Below, in pieces: positions 47,100 through 56,162 of a stretch of 60,595 nt of DNA. The DNA comes from a virus. Its lineage: Duplodnaviria; Caudoviricetes. The position numbers were made by a program, and so were the translations under genes. The stretch spans positions 1 through 60,595 of the IMG/VR virus record IMGVR_UViG_3300042879_004465; one strand, 5' to 3'. The notes beneath the pieces are model-generated. The model was not told the origin of the DNA. It saw nothing but the letters and a program-made list of their open reading frames with translations, and ran no database searches. How positions within the stretch are numbered: position 1 is the stretch's first letter; the number at the start of each line of letters is the position of its first letter.

Positions 47100-47679
47100 A
47101 AAATCAATTGACGATCAAAGATGGAACGAAGCTCAACAGGCCGAGAAGCCACACCATATAGCAGATTCTTTGAGCCATTCATATACACACTATGATAAAA
47201 TTTATGATATGTATTTTCAATATTTAAATATTGAAAAACAAAATCTTAAACAAAAATCTATTGCTGAAATAGGACCAGCACGAATACCTGGTTTGTTTTT
47301 TTGTAAAAATTATTCTAAATCATATGTGATTGAGCCAACTTATTATCCAGAAACAGATGAATATTATCGGGGAAAAAATATTGTTAGAATTTTTGAAAAA
47401 GCAGAAAATTGTAAATTTCCACAAACTGATGAAATTTGGCTACTAAATTTATTACAACACGTACAAGACCCAGATAAACTAATAGCACTATGCAAAAAAA
47501 ATGCAAAGACTATTAAATTTTTTGAACCAATAGATTATCCAATTAGCGTTGAACATCCTTTTACTTTTTCTTTTGAAGATTATGTTGAATATTTTGGAAA
47601 TAGTGTAAAGAGATATACTCCAGTGCCGGGATTCCATCAAGCAAATTGTGTGTATGGTGTATATGAAAACAATTGGTAA
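47092..47679 (+). CDS. Class I SAM-dependent methyltransferase-like, copy B
   Basis: IAEIGP, VIEP, DEIWLLNLLQHVQDP; colinear with copy A. Confidence 0.65.
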   Translation: MSKKSIDDQRWNEAQQAEKPHHIADSLSHSYTHYDKIYDMYFQYLNIEKQNLKQKSIAEIGPARIPGLFFCKNYSKSYVIEPTYYPETDEYYRGKNIVRIFEKAENCKFPQTDEIWLLNLLQHVQDPDKLIALCKKNAKTIKFFEPIDYPISVEHPFTFSFEDYVEYFGNSVKRYTPVPGFHQANCVYGVYENNW

Positions 47680-47717
47680 ACAAAAAATATTTACTTAAAT
47701 ATGGTTTGGGTGTATAA

Positions 47718-48419
47718 ATGAAAAATTTAAAAAATATTACTTTAGTGTCAATAAATTGTGTTAATCCACGCGAGTCTTATAAAGCATTAAAATATTGTTC
47801 GAAGTTTTTTAATTTTTATGACACTATTTTATTTACAGATGATAAAAGTAACTATGAAGGAGTAAATGTAAAAAAAATACCAAAATTAACATGGGAAACA
47901 TATAACGATTTTGTGTTGCATTTAGATTCTTATATTAAAAGCGAATATGTTTTAATAATTCAAGACGATGGTCACATAGTTAATCCTGATTTGTGGACGG
48001 ATGAATTTTTAAAATATGATTACATAGGAGCTCCTTGGCCAAGCGAAATTGACTGGATTGAAAAACAACTTCCCACACAACAAGAATACATGAAAAAATA
48101 TTTTCCAAAAAATAGAGTTGGAAATGGTGGATTTTCTTTACGAAGCAAAAAATTTTTACAATTTTCTAATCAGTATATTTCTTGTGAAGGCGTAGGAGAA
48201 GATAGTTTTTTATGCACACGGATCTATGAAGAGGCTATAGAGTATGGAATCAAATTTGCTCCATTTGATTTGGCTGTACATTTTTCATATGAAAATCCTT
48301 GTATAGAATTTGGTTTTACTTGGAATTCTAGAATATACTTTGATAAAACAAAGCATTTTGGCTGGCATGGAAAAAACTTCATAAATACACATGAATTACT
48401 TTCTTTAAAGGATACATAA
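47718..48419 (+). CDS. DUF5672-like GT-A fold protein
   Basis: LIIQDDG, EFLKYDYIGAPW, VGNGGFSLRSKK, GED, FGWHG; TTAAATA late-type motif at 47695. Confidence 0.75.
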   Translation: MKNLKNITLVSINCVNPRESYKALKYCSKFFNFYDTILFTDDKSNYEGVNVKKIPKLTWETYNDFVLHLDSYIKSEYVLIIQDDGHIVNPDLWTDEFLKYDYIGAPWPSEIDWIEKQLPTQQEYMKKYFPKNRVGNGGFSLRSKKFLQFSNQYISCEGVGEDSFLCTRIYEEAIEYGIKFAPFDLAVHFSYENPCIEFGFTWNSRIYFDKTKHFGWHGKNFINTHELLSLKDT

Positions 48420-48420
48420 T

Positions 48421-49410
48421 ATGGTGATTTTGATTACTGGGTGTGCTGGTTTACTTGGTGCCAATTATACTCGCCATTGCCTGAATAATGGACACACTGT
48501 AATAGGAATAGATGATTTTTCTGGCGGCTATAAGAGTTTTCTTCCGTCTCATTCATCATTCACCTTTTATGAATTGAATATCCTTGATCAAGATAAATTA
48601 ACAGACATTTATAAAAAGCATTTACCGGAATGTACATATCATTTTGCAGCTTATGCTGCAGAAGGTTTGTCTCCTTTTATTAGAAATTTTAATTATACCA
48701 ATAACATCATTTGCTCTGCAAATGTCATTAATTGTTGTGTAAATTTTAATAGTAAATTAATTTTCACTTCTAGTATGGCCGTCTACGGCAAACAACCAGC
48801 TCCATTCACTGAAGACTTATTGCCAGTTCCGATAGACCCATACGGAATTGCAAAGTATGCTGTTGAACTTGACATAAAGCAAGCGCATGAACAATTTGGT
48901 CTGAGATACAATATTATTAGACCACATAATGTTCTTGGTATGTATCAAAATATTTGGGATAGATATAGAAATGTAATAGGAATATTTATTAGAAAAGCTA
49001 TAAATGGAATTCCTTTATTGGTATATGGTGATGGAGAACAAACACGCGCATTTTCTGATATAAACTACTATATGGATCCATTTGATTCATTGATGTGCAA
49101 AAATGATGGTGAGTTGTTTAATATAGGAGCAGACAAATATTATTCCATTAATGAAGCTGCAGATATAGTTAAACAAGTTGCAAAAAAATATAACTATAAT
49201 GTCTCCATAAAATATGTGGAACCAAGGCATGAAGTCAAGCATGCCTATTGTGATCATACAAAGGCAAAGCAATATTTAAACTTTGAAGACAAAACAGATT
49301 TGCATGATTTGATAGAAAAAATGTTTGGATGGGCAATAAAAGAACCAAACAGAGATCTAAAAATTATGAAATATGAAATAGAAAAAAACATGTATAGTTA
49401 CTGGAAGTGA
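48421..49410 (+). CDS. NAD-dependent epimerase/dehydratase
   Basis: TGCAGLLG, HFAAYAAEGLSPF, SSMAVYG, PYGIAK, GDGEQTRAFS. Confidence 0.9.
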   Translation: MVILITGCAGLLGANYTRHCLNNGHTVIGIDDFSGGYKSFLPSHSSFTFYELNILDQDKLTDIYKKHLPECTYHFAAYAAEGLSPFIRNFNYTNNIICSANVINCCVNFNSKLIFTSSMAVYGKQPAPFTEDLLPVPIDPYGIAKYAVELDIKQAHEQFGLRYNIIRPHNVLGMYQNIWDRYRNVIGIFIRKAINGIPLLVYGDGEQTRAFSDINYYMDPFDSLMCKNDGELFNIGADKYYSINEAADIVKQVAKKYNYNVSIKYVEPRHEVKHAYCDHTKAKQYLNFEDKTDLHDLIEKMFGWAIKEPNRDLKIMKYEIEKNMYSYWK

Positions 49411-49431
49411 TAAATAAAATATTGGTTTATT

Positions 49432-50127
49432 ATGCAAATTGAAATTTTTATCCGTCATTGTTTTTATTCCCCAAACTCAGCAATACCTAATCGGCATCGC
49501 CCGGATTGGTTTGACAAAGAAAAAATATTTAAAAATTTTAAAAAAGAAGCCAACAAACCAAATTGCAATTATACAATTATATACGACAATCACTTTGGCC
49601 CCCGCAATCAAACTTTTCTGAAAGACGAGACAAATGTGGTTGATATAAACTGTGGTACTGAGGCAAGTAGTTTTATTTTTATGTTGAATTATGTTAGAGA
49701 AAAGAATTATAATCCAGAAACTATAATATATTTTGTAGAGGACGATTATCTCCATAGACCAGATTGGGATGTAGCAATGCGAGAAGCATTTGGGTTGCCA
49801 ATTCATTACGTATCTTTATATGACCATTTGGACAAGTATCTATATTATCCTGATTTATTTTCTAAAATTTATTGTACTTCCAGATGTCATTGGAGAACAG
49901 TACCATCTACATGCAATACATATGCGGTTAAATTCAAACAATTGATGGAAGATTATCATACAAACGAAGTGTATAGTGTATATTCTAATAATGGTGTTTC
50001 ACGTGATCATGAAAAATTTGTAGACTTAGGACGACAAGGAAAAGTATTGGTAACTCCGATGCCTGGTTATGCGACTCACTGCGATCACTTACAATCGCCC
50101 ACGCTTGACTGGAAACAGTACATATGA
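49432..50127 (+). CDS. GT-A fold glycosyltransferase-like protein
   Basis: IIYFVEDDYLH, YVSLYDHLDKY, HWRTVPSTCNT, PGYATH; ATAAATA late-type motif at 49410. Confidence 0.65.
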   Translation: MQIEIFIRHCFYSPNSAIPNRHRPDWFDKEKIFKNFKKEANKPNCNYTIIYDNHFGPRNQTFLKDETNVVDINCGTEASSFIFMLNYVREKNYNPETIIYFVEDDYLHRPDWDVAMREAFGLPIHYVSLYDHLDKYLYYPDLFSKIYCTSRCHWRTVPSTCNTYAVKFKQLMEDYHTNEVYSVYSNNGVSRDHEKFVDLGRQGKVLVTPMPGYATHCDHLQSPTLDWKQYI

Positions 50128-50951
50128 AAGATTGTGTTGTTTATTTGGCAGGCAATAGCGAAGATAATATCAAAGATTTTTATAAAAGTTTATCGTTGTT
50201 GTACGAAAATTATCTTAAAACATTTCAATGTGATGTTGTTGTATTTCACGAAAAAGAATTTATTTCAAAGTTACCCGATTTAATAAAGACGTTTTCAAAT
50301 ATCTCATTTAAATTCTTTGAAATACAATTTAACACTCCAAAGTATCCACCAAATATAATGGAAAATATTCCTGAATATTTTCCGCACCCGACTCATGGCA
50401 GCGGACCCATTGCATGGGGGCATCCCGGGTTTAGTCTAGGATATAGACATATGTGCAATTTTTTTAGTGGAGAGCTATATCAGCAAGTTGGATTGAATGA
50501 CTACGATTATTATATGAGGCTAGACACCGACTCTTATATTTTAAAAAAAGTTACATATAATGTTTTTGATATGATGCGTCATCATGATGCCATATATGGT
50601 TTTATAGGAGCCGCAGTGCAAATTGACAATTCAAAAGTTGTTGAAGGTCTGTGGGAATATTGTAAAAAATTTTCAGATTTAAGTGAGCATGTAAAAGATA
50701 AATTAAAAATTTTAAACATACCTTCTGGAAAAATGTATTACAATAATTTTGAAATAGGAAAAATATCTTGGTTTAAAGGATCTTCTTATAGAGCTTTTTA
50801 CGAGTATATAAAAGAGTCAGGAGGAATTTATACTAAAAGATGGGGCGATGCTCCTATTAGATATTTGGGCATTAATTTATTATTGGATGATTGTAAATTA
50901 ATAGATATAAATAATATCGCATACCAACATGGAGCCATTTATAATTTATGA
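50124..50951 (+). CDS. GT15 (Kre2/Mnt1-like) alpha-1,2-mannosyltransferase-like protein
   Basis: GYRHMCNFFSG, YDYYMRLDTD, YNNFEI, GGIYTKRWGDAP are the hallmark GT15 motifs. Confidence 0.82.
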   Translation: MKDCVVYLAGNSEDNIKDFYKSLSLLYENYLKTFQCDVVVFHEKEFISKLPDLIKTFSNISFKFFEIQFNTPKYPPNIMENIPEYFPHPTHGSGPIAWGHPGFSLGYRHMCNFFSGELYQQVGLNDYDYYMRLDTDSYILKKVTYNVFDMMRHHDAIYGFIGAAVQIDNSKVVEGLWEYCKKFSDLSEHVKDKLKILNIPSGKMYYNNFEIGKISWFKGSSYRAFYEYIKESGGIYTKRWGDAPIRYLGINLLLDDCKLIDINNIAYQHGAIYNL

Positions 50952-51637
50952 ATAATTTTTGTTTACTTATGTATTGCAATGAAAAATATAAATTATTTCA
51001 AGAAAAAACTTCAAGATCATTAATAGAGAGTGGTATTATAAATAAAAGTTTTATTAAAGATGAAAATGATTTAAAACAAACAATTTTCTACGAAGAACAT
51101 AAAAAAATATTATCTGTTCCAAGAGGAGCAGGATATTGCTTGTGGAAACCATATTATATTTTGGAAACCTTATTATTATTACAAGATAATGAAATATTAT
51201 TTTATTTGGATAGTGGGGACTGTATAATAAACATTTTAGAATTTAAAGAAAAAATTGATAAATTAATTTTTGACAAAGACTATTTGTTTTTTGATGGAGG
51301 ATTTTTACAAAAAGAATATACTAGATATGATTGTTTTTATATGATGAATTGTTTAAATTCAAATTACACAGATAGAATTCAGTTAGAAGCTGGTGTTTTA
51401 TTTTTAAAAAATACACCATTTATTAAAAATTTTGTAAAAGAATGGTTGTATTATTGTTCCAATTATCAAATAATAAGTGATGAACAAAATATATACGGAA
51501 ACAATTTTCCAGAATTTAAAGATCATAGACATGATCAGAGTATTCTGACTAATCTTGTAGAAAAATATAAATTATCTAGTATTCCAATGGAAAATTCTGT
51601 TAGACAAGACAATATAAAATGTAATTATTATAAGTAA
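50948..51637 (+). CDS. GT-A fold glycosyltransferase-like protein
   Basis: RGAGYCLWKPYYI, LFYLDSG, FVKEW, DHRHDQSILT. Confidence 0.65.
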   Translation: MNNFCLLMYCNEKYKLFQEKTSRSLIESGIINKSFIKDENDLKQTIFYEEHKKILSVPRGAGYCLWKPYYILETLLLLQDNEILFYLDSGDCIINILEFKEKIDKLIFDKDYLFFDGGFLQKEYTRYDCFYMMNCLNSNYTDRIQLEAGVLFLKNTPFIKNFVKEWLYYCSNYQIISDEQNIYGNNFPEFKDHRHDQSILTNLVEKYKLSSIPMENSVRQDNIKCNYYK

Positions 51638-51650
51638 AAAAGGAAAATTT

Positions 51651-52628
51651 ATGAAAACAGCGTTAGTTTTAGGAGCAGGCGGATTTATTGGTGGGCATCT
51701 TGTAACTCGCTTGAAAAATAGAGGATATTGGGTTCGCGGCGTAGACATTAAAGAACACGAATATAAAAAATCAGAGGCAGACGAATTTTTATTATTGGAT
51801 TTGCGAGACTCTATTAATGTTGAAGCAGCACTAAAATTGAATAATGAAACTTTTGATGAAATATATCAACTAGCAGCCGATATGGGTGGCGCCGGTTATA
51901 TTTTTACAGGTGAACATGATGCAGACGTTATGCACAATTCAGCTATTATTAATTTAAATGTTGCTAACAGTGCAGTACAATACAAAAAAATGCCAAAGAT
52001 TTTTTATTCTTCATCGGCATGCATGTATCCTGAATATAATCAATTAGATCCCAATAACCCAAAGTGTAGTGAAGAATCGGCTTATCCGGCTGCACCTGAC
52101 AGCGAATATGGATGGGAAAAGCTGTTCAGTGAACGTGTGTATTTGGCGTATAATAGAAATTATAAGTTACCCGTTCGCATTGGTCGTTTTCACAATATTT
52201 TTGGTCCTTATGGATCTTGGAATAACGGAAAAGAAAAAGCCCCGGCAGCAGTTTGTCGAAAAGTTGCGTCAGCAGAAGAAGGTGGATCGATTGAAATTTG
52301 GGGAGACGGAAAACAAACAAGATCATTTTTATATATTGATGAGTGTTTAGACACTATTGAAAAGTTTATGAAATCAGACTTTTTGGGACCAATGAACATT
52401 GGCTCTGAAGAAATGGTTTCAATCAATGAACTTGCAAACCGAGTGATGTCAATTGCAAATAAAAATGTTACAATTCAAAATAAACCCGGACCAGAGGGAG
52501 TTCGCGGAAGAAATTCTGATAATACTCTAATGCGAGAAAAATTAAATTGGGCTCCAAGCGCTCCGTTGAATGAAGGGTTAAAAAAGACCTATGAGTGGAT
52601 CAATAGTATGGTAAATCCATCTACTTGA
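51651..52628 (+). CDS. GDP-mannose 3,5-epimerase-like SDR
   Basis: GAGGFIG, LAADMGGAGYI, SSACMYPE, PDSEYGWEK, RFHNIFGP, EKAPAA.CRK, WGDGKQTRSF. Confidence 0.85.
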   Translation: MKTALVLGAGGFIGGHLVTRLKNRGYWVRGVDIKEHEYKKSEADEFLLLDLRDSINVEAALKLNNETFDEIYQLAADMGGAGYIFTGEHDADVMHNSAIINLNVANSAVQYKKMPKIFYSSSACMYPEYNQLDPNNPKCSEESAYPAAPDSEYGWEKLFSERVYLAYNRNYKLPVRIGRFHNIFGPYGSWNNGKEKAPAAVCRKVASAEEGGSIEIWGDGKQTRSFLYIDECLDTIEKFMKSDFLGPMNIGSEEMVSINELANRVMSIANKNVTIQNKPGPEGVRGRNSDNTLMREKLNWAPSAPLNEGLKKTYEWINSMVNPST

Positions 52629-52653
52629 TTTTTATATCAACTTATGGTATAAT
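52625..52653 (+). promoter_or_regulatory. Sigma70-like promoter for gp55 (probably leaderless)
   Basis: TTGATT-N17-TATAAT with extended -10 (TGgTATAAT); ATG at 52660 at the expected +1, no SD. Confidence 0.7.
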
Positions 52654-52659
52654 CATCAC

Positions 52660-53208
52660 ATGGCAAAGTCAAAACCGAAGAAACCCAAGAAGAAAAAAGA
52701 CAAGGATGGCGATTATGTAGATAACGCCCGTCTGTACCAAGAATTAGTAGACGCGGGAAAAAAGAAGCCTAAGTTACCCGATTACATAGGCGATGCGATT
52801 TTAAAGATAGCCAGTAGATTATCTTACCGTCCCAACTTTGCCAATTACAGCTACCGCGAGGAGATGGTCTCCGACGCGGTTTTAAATTGCATTACGTATA
52901 TCGATAACTTTGATCCGGACGTTTCAAAGTCTCCGTTCGGATATCTTACTCAGATTTGCTGGTTCTCTTTTGTAAGAATCATAAACAAGGAAAAGAAGGA
53001 AAAGTACGTACAGTACAAGCTTGCAGAAAGCAAGAACGATCCTGAATTCCACAAATGGTTCAACGAAAAGTTTTCCGGAGTAGAGAACGGCTTCAAGGAT
53101 GCTTTTGGAATCGGTGAAGCCGAGGTAGAAAAGATGGACAAGCAACTTGCTGGCAAGAGAAAAGGCCGCAAGAAAAAGACACCAGATGGAGGTTCCTTGA
53201 ATGTGTAA
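52660..53208 (+). CDS. gp55: Late sigma factor gp55
   Basis: YVDN, YIGDAILKIA.RLSYRPNFANYSYREEMVSDA, NFDP...PFGYLTQI...F..II.KEK. Confidence 0.95.
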   Translation: MAKSKPKKPKKKKDKDGDYVDNARLYQELVDAGKKKPKLPDYIGDAILKIASRLSYRPNFANYSYREEMVSDAVLNCITYIDNFDPDVSKSPFGYLTQICWFSFVRIINKEKKEKYVQYKLAESKNDPEFHKWFNEKFSGVENGFKDAFGIGEAEVEKMDKQLAGKRKGRKKKTPDGGSLNV

Positions 53209-54259
53209 GGCAGTCATTCTGAATGACACTCATTTCGGATTCAAGGGAGACTCGACAACGGTAAACGAATATTTCATCAGGTTCTTTGAGAACCAGCTTT
53301 TTCCTTATATCGAGGAAAATAAAATACAATATGTGTTTCATTTGGGTGATTTGTTCGACCGTAGAAAATACATCAACTTCAGAACGCTCAATCAAGTAAG
53401 AGAGCGGGTTCTGGATGTGTTTGAAAAATTGGGGACAGAGAATCACATCATCTGCGGAAACCATGATACTTTTTTTCGCAATAACAACTCACTGAATTCT
53501 CTTACCGAACTTCTTTCCAAATACAAGAACTGGAAAGTCTATTCGGAACCTACTCTGGTAAACTTCGGTCCAGAGGACAAGTATTGCGCCGCATTGTTGC
53601 CTTGGATCAACCCAGAGAATGAACAAAAGTCCGCTGAGTTCATCAAAGATGTTCCTTGCTCGATTTTGATGGGACATCTTGAGCTTGCTGGTTTCCAGAG
53701 CATTCGTGGGGTGTTTATAGATGCTGGATATGACCCGAGCCACTTTGCCAAGTTTGAATATGTATTGACCGGGCATTATCACGTATCCTCCCGTAGAGAC
53801 AATATTTACTATCTGGGAACCCAATATCAAATGTCTTTTTCCGACGTTTGGGAGAAGAAGGGATTCCATGTATTTGATTTTGAAACAAGAGAACTTCAGT
53901 TTATCGAGAATCCGGAGAAGATATTCTTCACTATAGATTATAATGAAGACGAAAAGATAAATTTAAACTTTGAAACATATAAAAATTCGTTCGTCAAGAT
54001 ATTCGTGAAGAAAAGAACGAAGAACAATTTGTTTGAAAAGTTCATCGATAAATTCTATGAGGTCGGGGTTGCGGAGCTTGCAATCGCGGAAGAAACTCAA
54101 CAGGAAAAGACAGAACTGGACATAGATATAGAAAAAGATACTCTGCAGCTTCTGTATGAGGAAGTCAATCTTATTGAAGAAAAGGTTGACAAAAATATGT
54201 TGCATGATATAATTACTACGACTTATCAAACTGCCTTGGCAGGGGATATAGATGATTGA
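53201..54259 (+). CDS. gp47: Recombination endonuclease gp47 (Mre11/SbcD-like)
   Basis: DTHFG, HLGDLFDRRK, GNHD, GHLE, GHYH. Confidence 0.96.
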   Translation: MCKAVILNDTHFGFKGDSTTVNEYFIRFFENQLFPYIEENKIQYVFHLGDLFDRRKYINFRTLNQVRERVLDVFEKLGTENHIICGNHDTFFRNNNSLNSLTELLSKYKNWKVYSEPTLVNFGPEDKYCAALLPWINPENEQKSAEFIKDVPCSILMGHLELAGFQSIRGVFIDAGYDPSHFAKFEYVLTGHYHVSSRRDNIYYLGTQYQMSFSDVWEKKGFHVFDFETRELQFIENPEKIFFTIDYNEDEKINLNFETYKNSFVKIFVKKRTKNNLFEKFIDKFYEVGVAELAIAEETQQEKTELDIDIEKDTLQLLYEEVNLIEEKVDKNMLHDIITTTYQTALAGDIDD

Positions 54260-55973
54260 GTTCAAAAAAGTAAGATTTAAAAATTTTGGTTCTTTCGGCA
54301 ACAACTTCAGCGAAATAGATCTAGATACCAAGAAGCTCTCTTTGGTAACGGGGATAAACGGCCACGGAAAGTCATTTGCTTTTCTTGATTCCTTGTGCTT
54401 TGGTCTTTTCGGGAAGCCTTTCAGGCCAATCAATATTCCTCAGTTGACCAATGCAGTGAATGGCAAGAACTGCTTGGTAGAGATTGAATTCAACAAAGGA
54501 AAGACCCAATACCTTGTTCGTAGGGGATTGAGTCCTAAATTATTTGAAATATTCAAGAATGGCGAAATGATTGACCAGAACGCCAAGTCCAAAGACTACC
54601 AAGAAATGCTTGAGCAAACAATCTTGGGATTCAGCTATGCCGCTTTCAAGCAAGTGGTCATCTTGGGCAAGAGCTCTTTCATTCCATTCATGCAGTTGAC
54701 TCCGGCAGAGCGAAGAAAGATCATCGAAGGGCTTTTGGACCTCGACATCATTGCCGCAATGGGAACGGTCGTGAAGTGCAAGCTCTCCGAACTGAAGAGC
54801 GAGATACAGACTACCAACGGAATGCTCACCATTGCGAAGGAAAAGCTTAAGTCCCAGCAAGAAATATTAAGGCAAGTTCAGCAAAATCACGAAGAGTTGG
54901 TCGAAAAGAACAAAGCAAAGATAGTAGATCTGGAATCCAAGAAGACAGAGGTTGATGCCAAGAATTCCTCTCTTTTAGATGATATCAAGAAGATAAAGGA
55001 AACGATCAACGAAAAGGAAAAAGAAATTCAAAAATTGAATTCATTGAAGATTCTTGAGACAAAGATGAAAACTCAATATGAATCTTTGATGGAAGAAATT
55101 GCAAACACAGAAGGCAAATCATCGTGTTCCTGCTGTGGCCAAGAACTCAGTGAAAAGGCAAAGTGCAATATTTTGAATGATAAGTATGTAAAGCGTGATG
55201 AATTTGAGACGGCGTTGAAAGAAATTTCTCTTAAGCTTGAAGCTTTATCTGGAATGGAGGAAAAAAGAGAAGAACTAAATTCAACGTTGAAAAGATGGAA
55301 CATTGATCAAAGTGTATTTTCAAAAGAAAAACAAATTCTTCAGAACAGAATTGATGAGATGAATGAAGAAATTGAAGATCTTGAGAAAAAACATCTAGAC
55401 AACAACAAAATTTATGATAAAATTAACGAAACGAAAAAAGAAATACTTGAAAAATCTGAAACATACGAAAAGGCAGTCAAGGAGCAGATACATTATGATG
55501 TTGTGTATGATATGCTGCGCGATAGCGGCCTGAAGAGCAAGATAATCAAGCATTACGTTCCTATAATTAACAATTACGTGAACAAGTATCTTGAAAGACT
55601 CAATCTTTATGTCGATTTCAACCTTAACGAGGAATTTAAGGAAACCATCAAATCCAGATATAGAGATGAATTCTCTTATTCTTCTTTCTCTGAAGGAGAG
55701 AAGCAGAGAATCGATTTAGCCATTCTGTTGACTTGGAGAGAAATTGCCAAGATGAAGAATAGTCTAAATTGCAATCTTTTGATATTCGATGAAATTTTAG
55801 ATTCATCTTTGGATGGACAAGGAACCGAGACTTTCTTGAAAATACTCTCAAAGATGAAAAACAAATGCTCAGTATTCATTATTTCACACAAAAGCGATCA
55901 GTTAATAGATAAGTTTGACCAAGGAATCCAAGTAGAAAAGAAAAACAACTTTTCAAAGATTAAAATTGTATAA
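54252..55973 (+). CDS. gp46: Recombination ATPase gp46 (Rad50/SbcC-like)
   Basis: GINGHGKS, coiled coil with CSCCGQ hook, FSEGEKQRIDL, LIFDEILDSSLD, ISH. Confidence 0.96.
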   Translation: MIEFKKVRFKNFGSFGNNFSEIDLDTKKLSLVTGINGHGKSFAFLDSLCFGLFGKPFRPINIPQLTNAVNGKNCLVEIEFNKGKTQYLVRRGLSPKLFEIFKNGEMIDQNAKSKDYQEMLEQTILGFSYAAFKQVVILGKSSFIPFMQLTPAERRKIIEGLLDLDIIAAMGTVVKCKLSELKSEIQTTNGMLTIAKEKLKSQQEILRQVQQNHEELVEKNKAKIVDLESKKTEVDAKNSSLLDDIKKIKETINEKEKEIQKLNSLKILETKMKTQYESLMEEIANTEGKSSCSCCGQELSEKAKCNILNDKYVKRDEFETALKEISLKLEALSGMEEKREELNSTLKRWNIDQSVFSKEKQILQNRIDEMNEEIEDLEKKHLDNNKIYDKINETKKEILEKSETYEKAVKEQIHYDVVYDMLRDSGLKSKIIKHYVPIINNYVNKYLERLNLYVDFNLNEEFKETIKSRYRDEFSYSSFSEGEKQRIDLAILLTWREIAKMKNSLNCNLLIFDEILDSSLDGQGTETFLKILSKMKNKCSVFIISHKSDQLIDKFDQGIQVEKKNNFSKIKIV

Positions 55974-55976
55974 GCC

Positions 55977-56162
55977 ATGAATGAAGAAAATTTTCAAAAG
56001 TTTACTAACCGCTCAAAGAAGAACAAGTTCAAGAATGAAAATGGACGCAAGCGAAACAAGCGCGAACGTCGTAATGACAGGTATCGAGGAAAACAGATCA
56101 TAGAAGGCTTGATTTCTGATGGCGATTCAGTGTATAATAGGAACAATGATGACAAAAACTAA
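55977..56162 (+). CDS. Small basic hypothetical protein
   Basis: 61 aa K/R-rich ORF filling the gp46-gp45 gap. Confidence 0.45.
   Translation: MNEENFQKFTNRSKKNKFKNENGRKRNKRERRNDRYRGKQIIEGLISDGDSVYNRNNDDKN
56109..56138 (+). promoter_or_regulatory. Sigma70-like promoter for gp45
   Basis: TTGATT-N18-TATAAT, with 7 nt between it and the ATG at 56146. Confidence 0.55.

Noticed and set aside
40390-52628. Island as host chromosomal LPS/capsule DNA (prophage edge or chimeric assembly)
   Set aside because: It is flanked on both sides by phage core genes, its last gene overlaps the gp55 promoter, it carries phage late-type motifs, and it lacks transport and polymerase genes.
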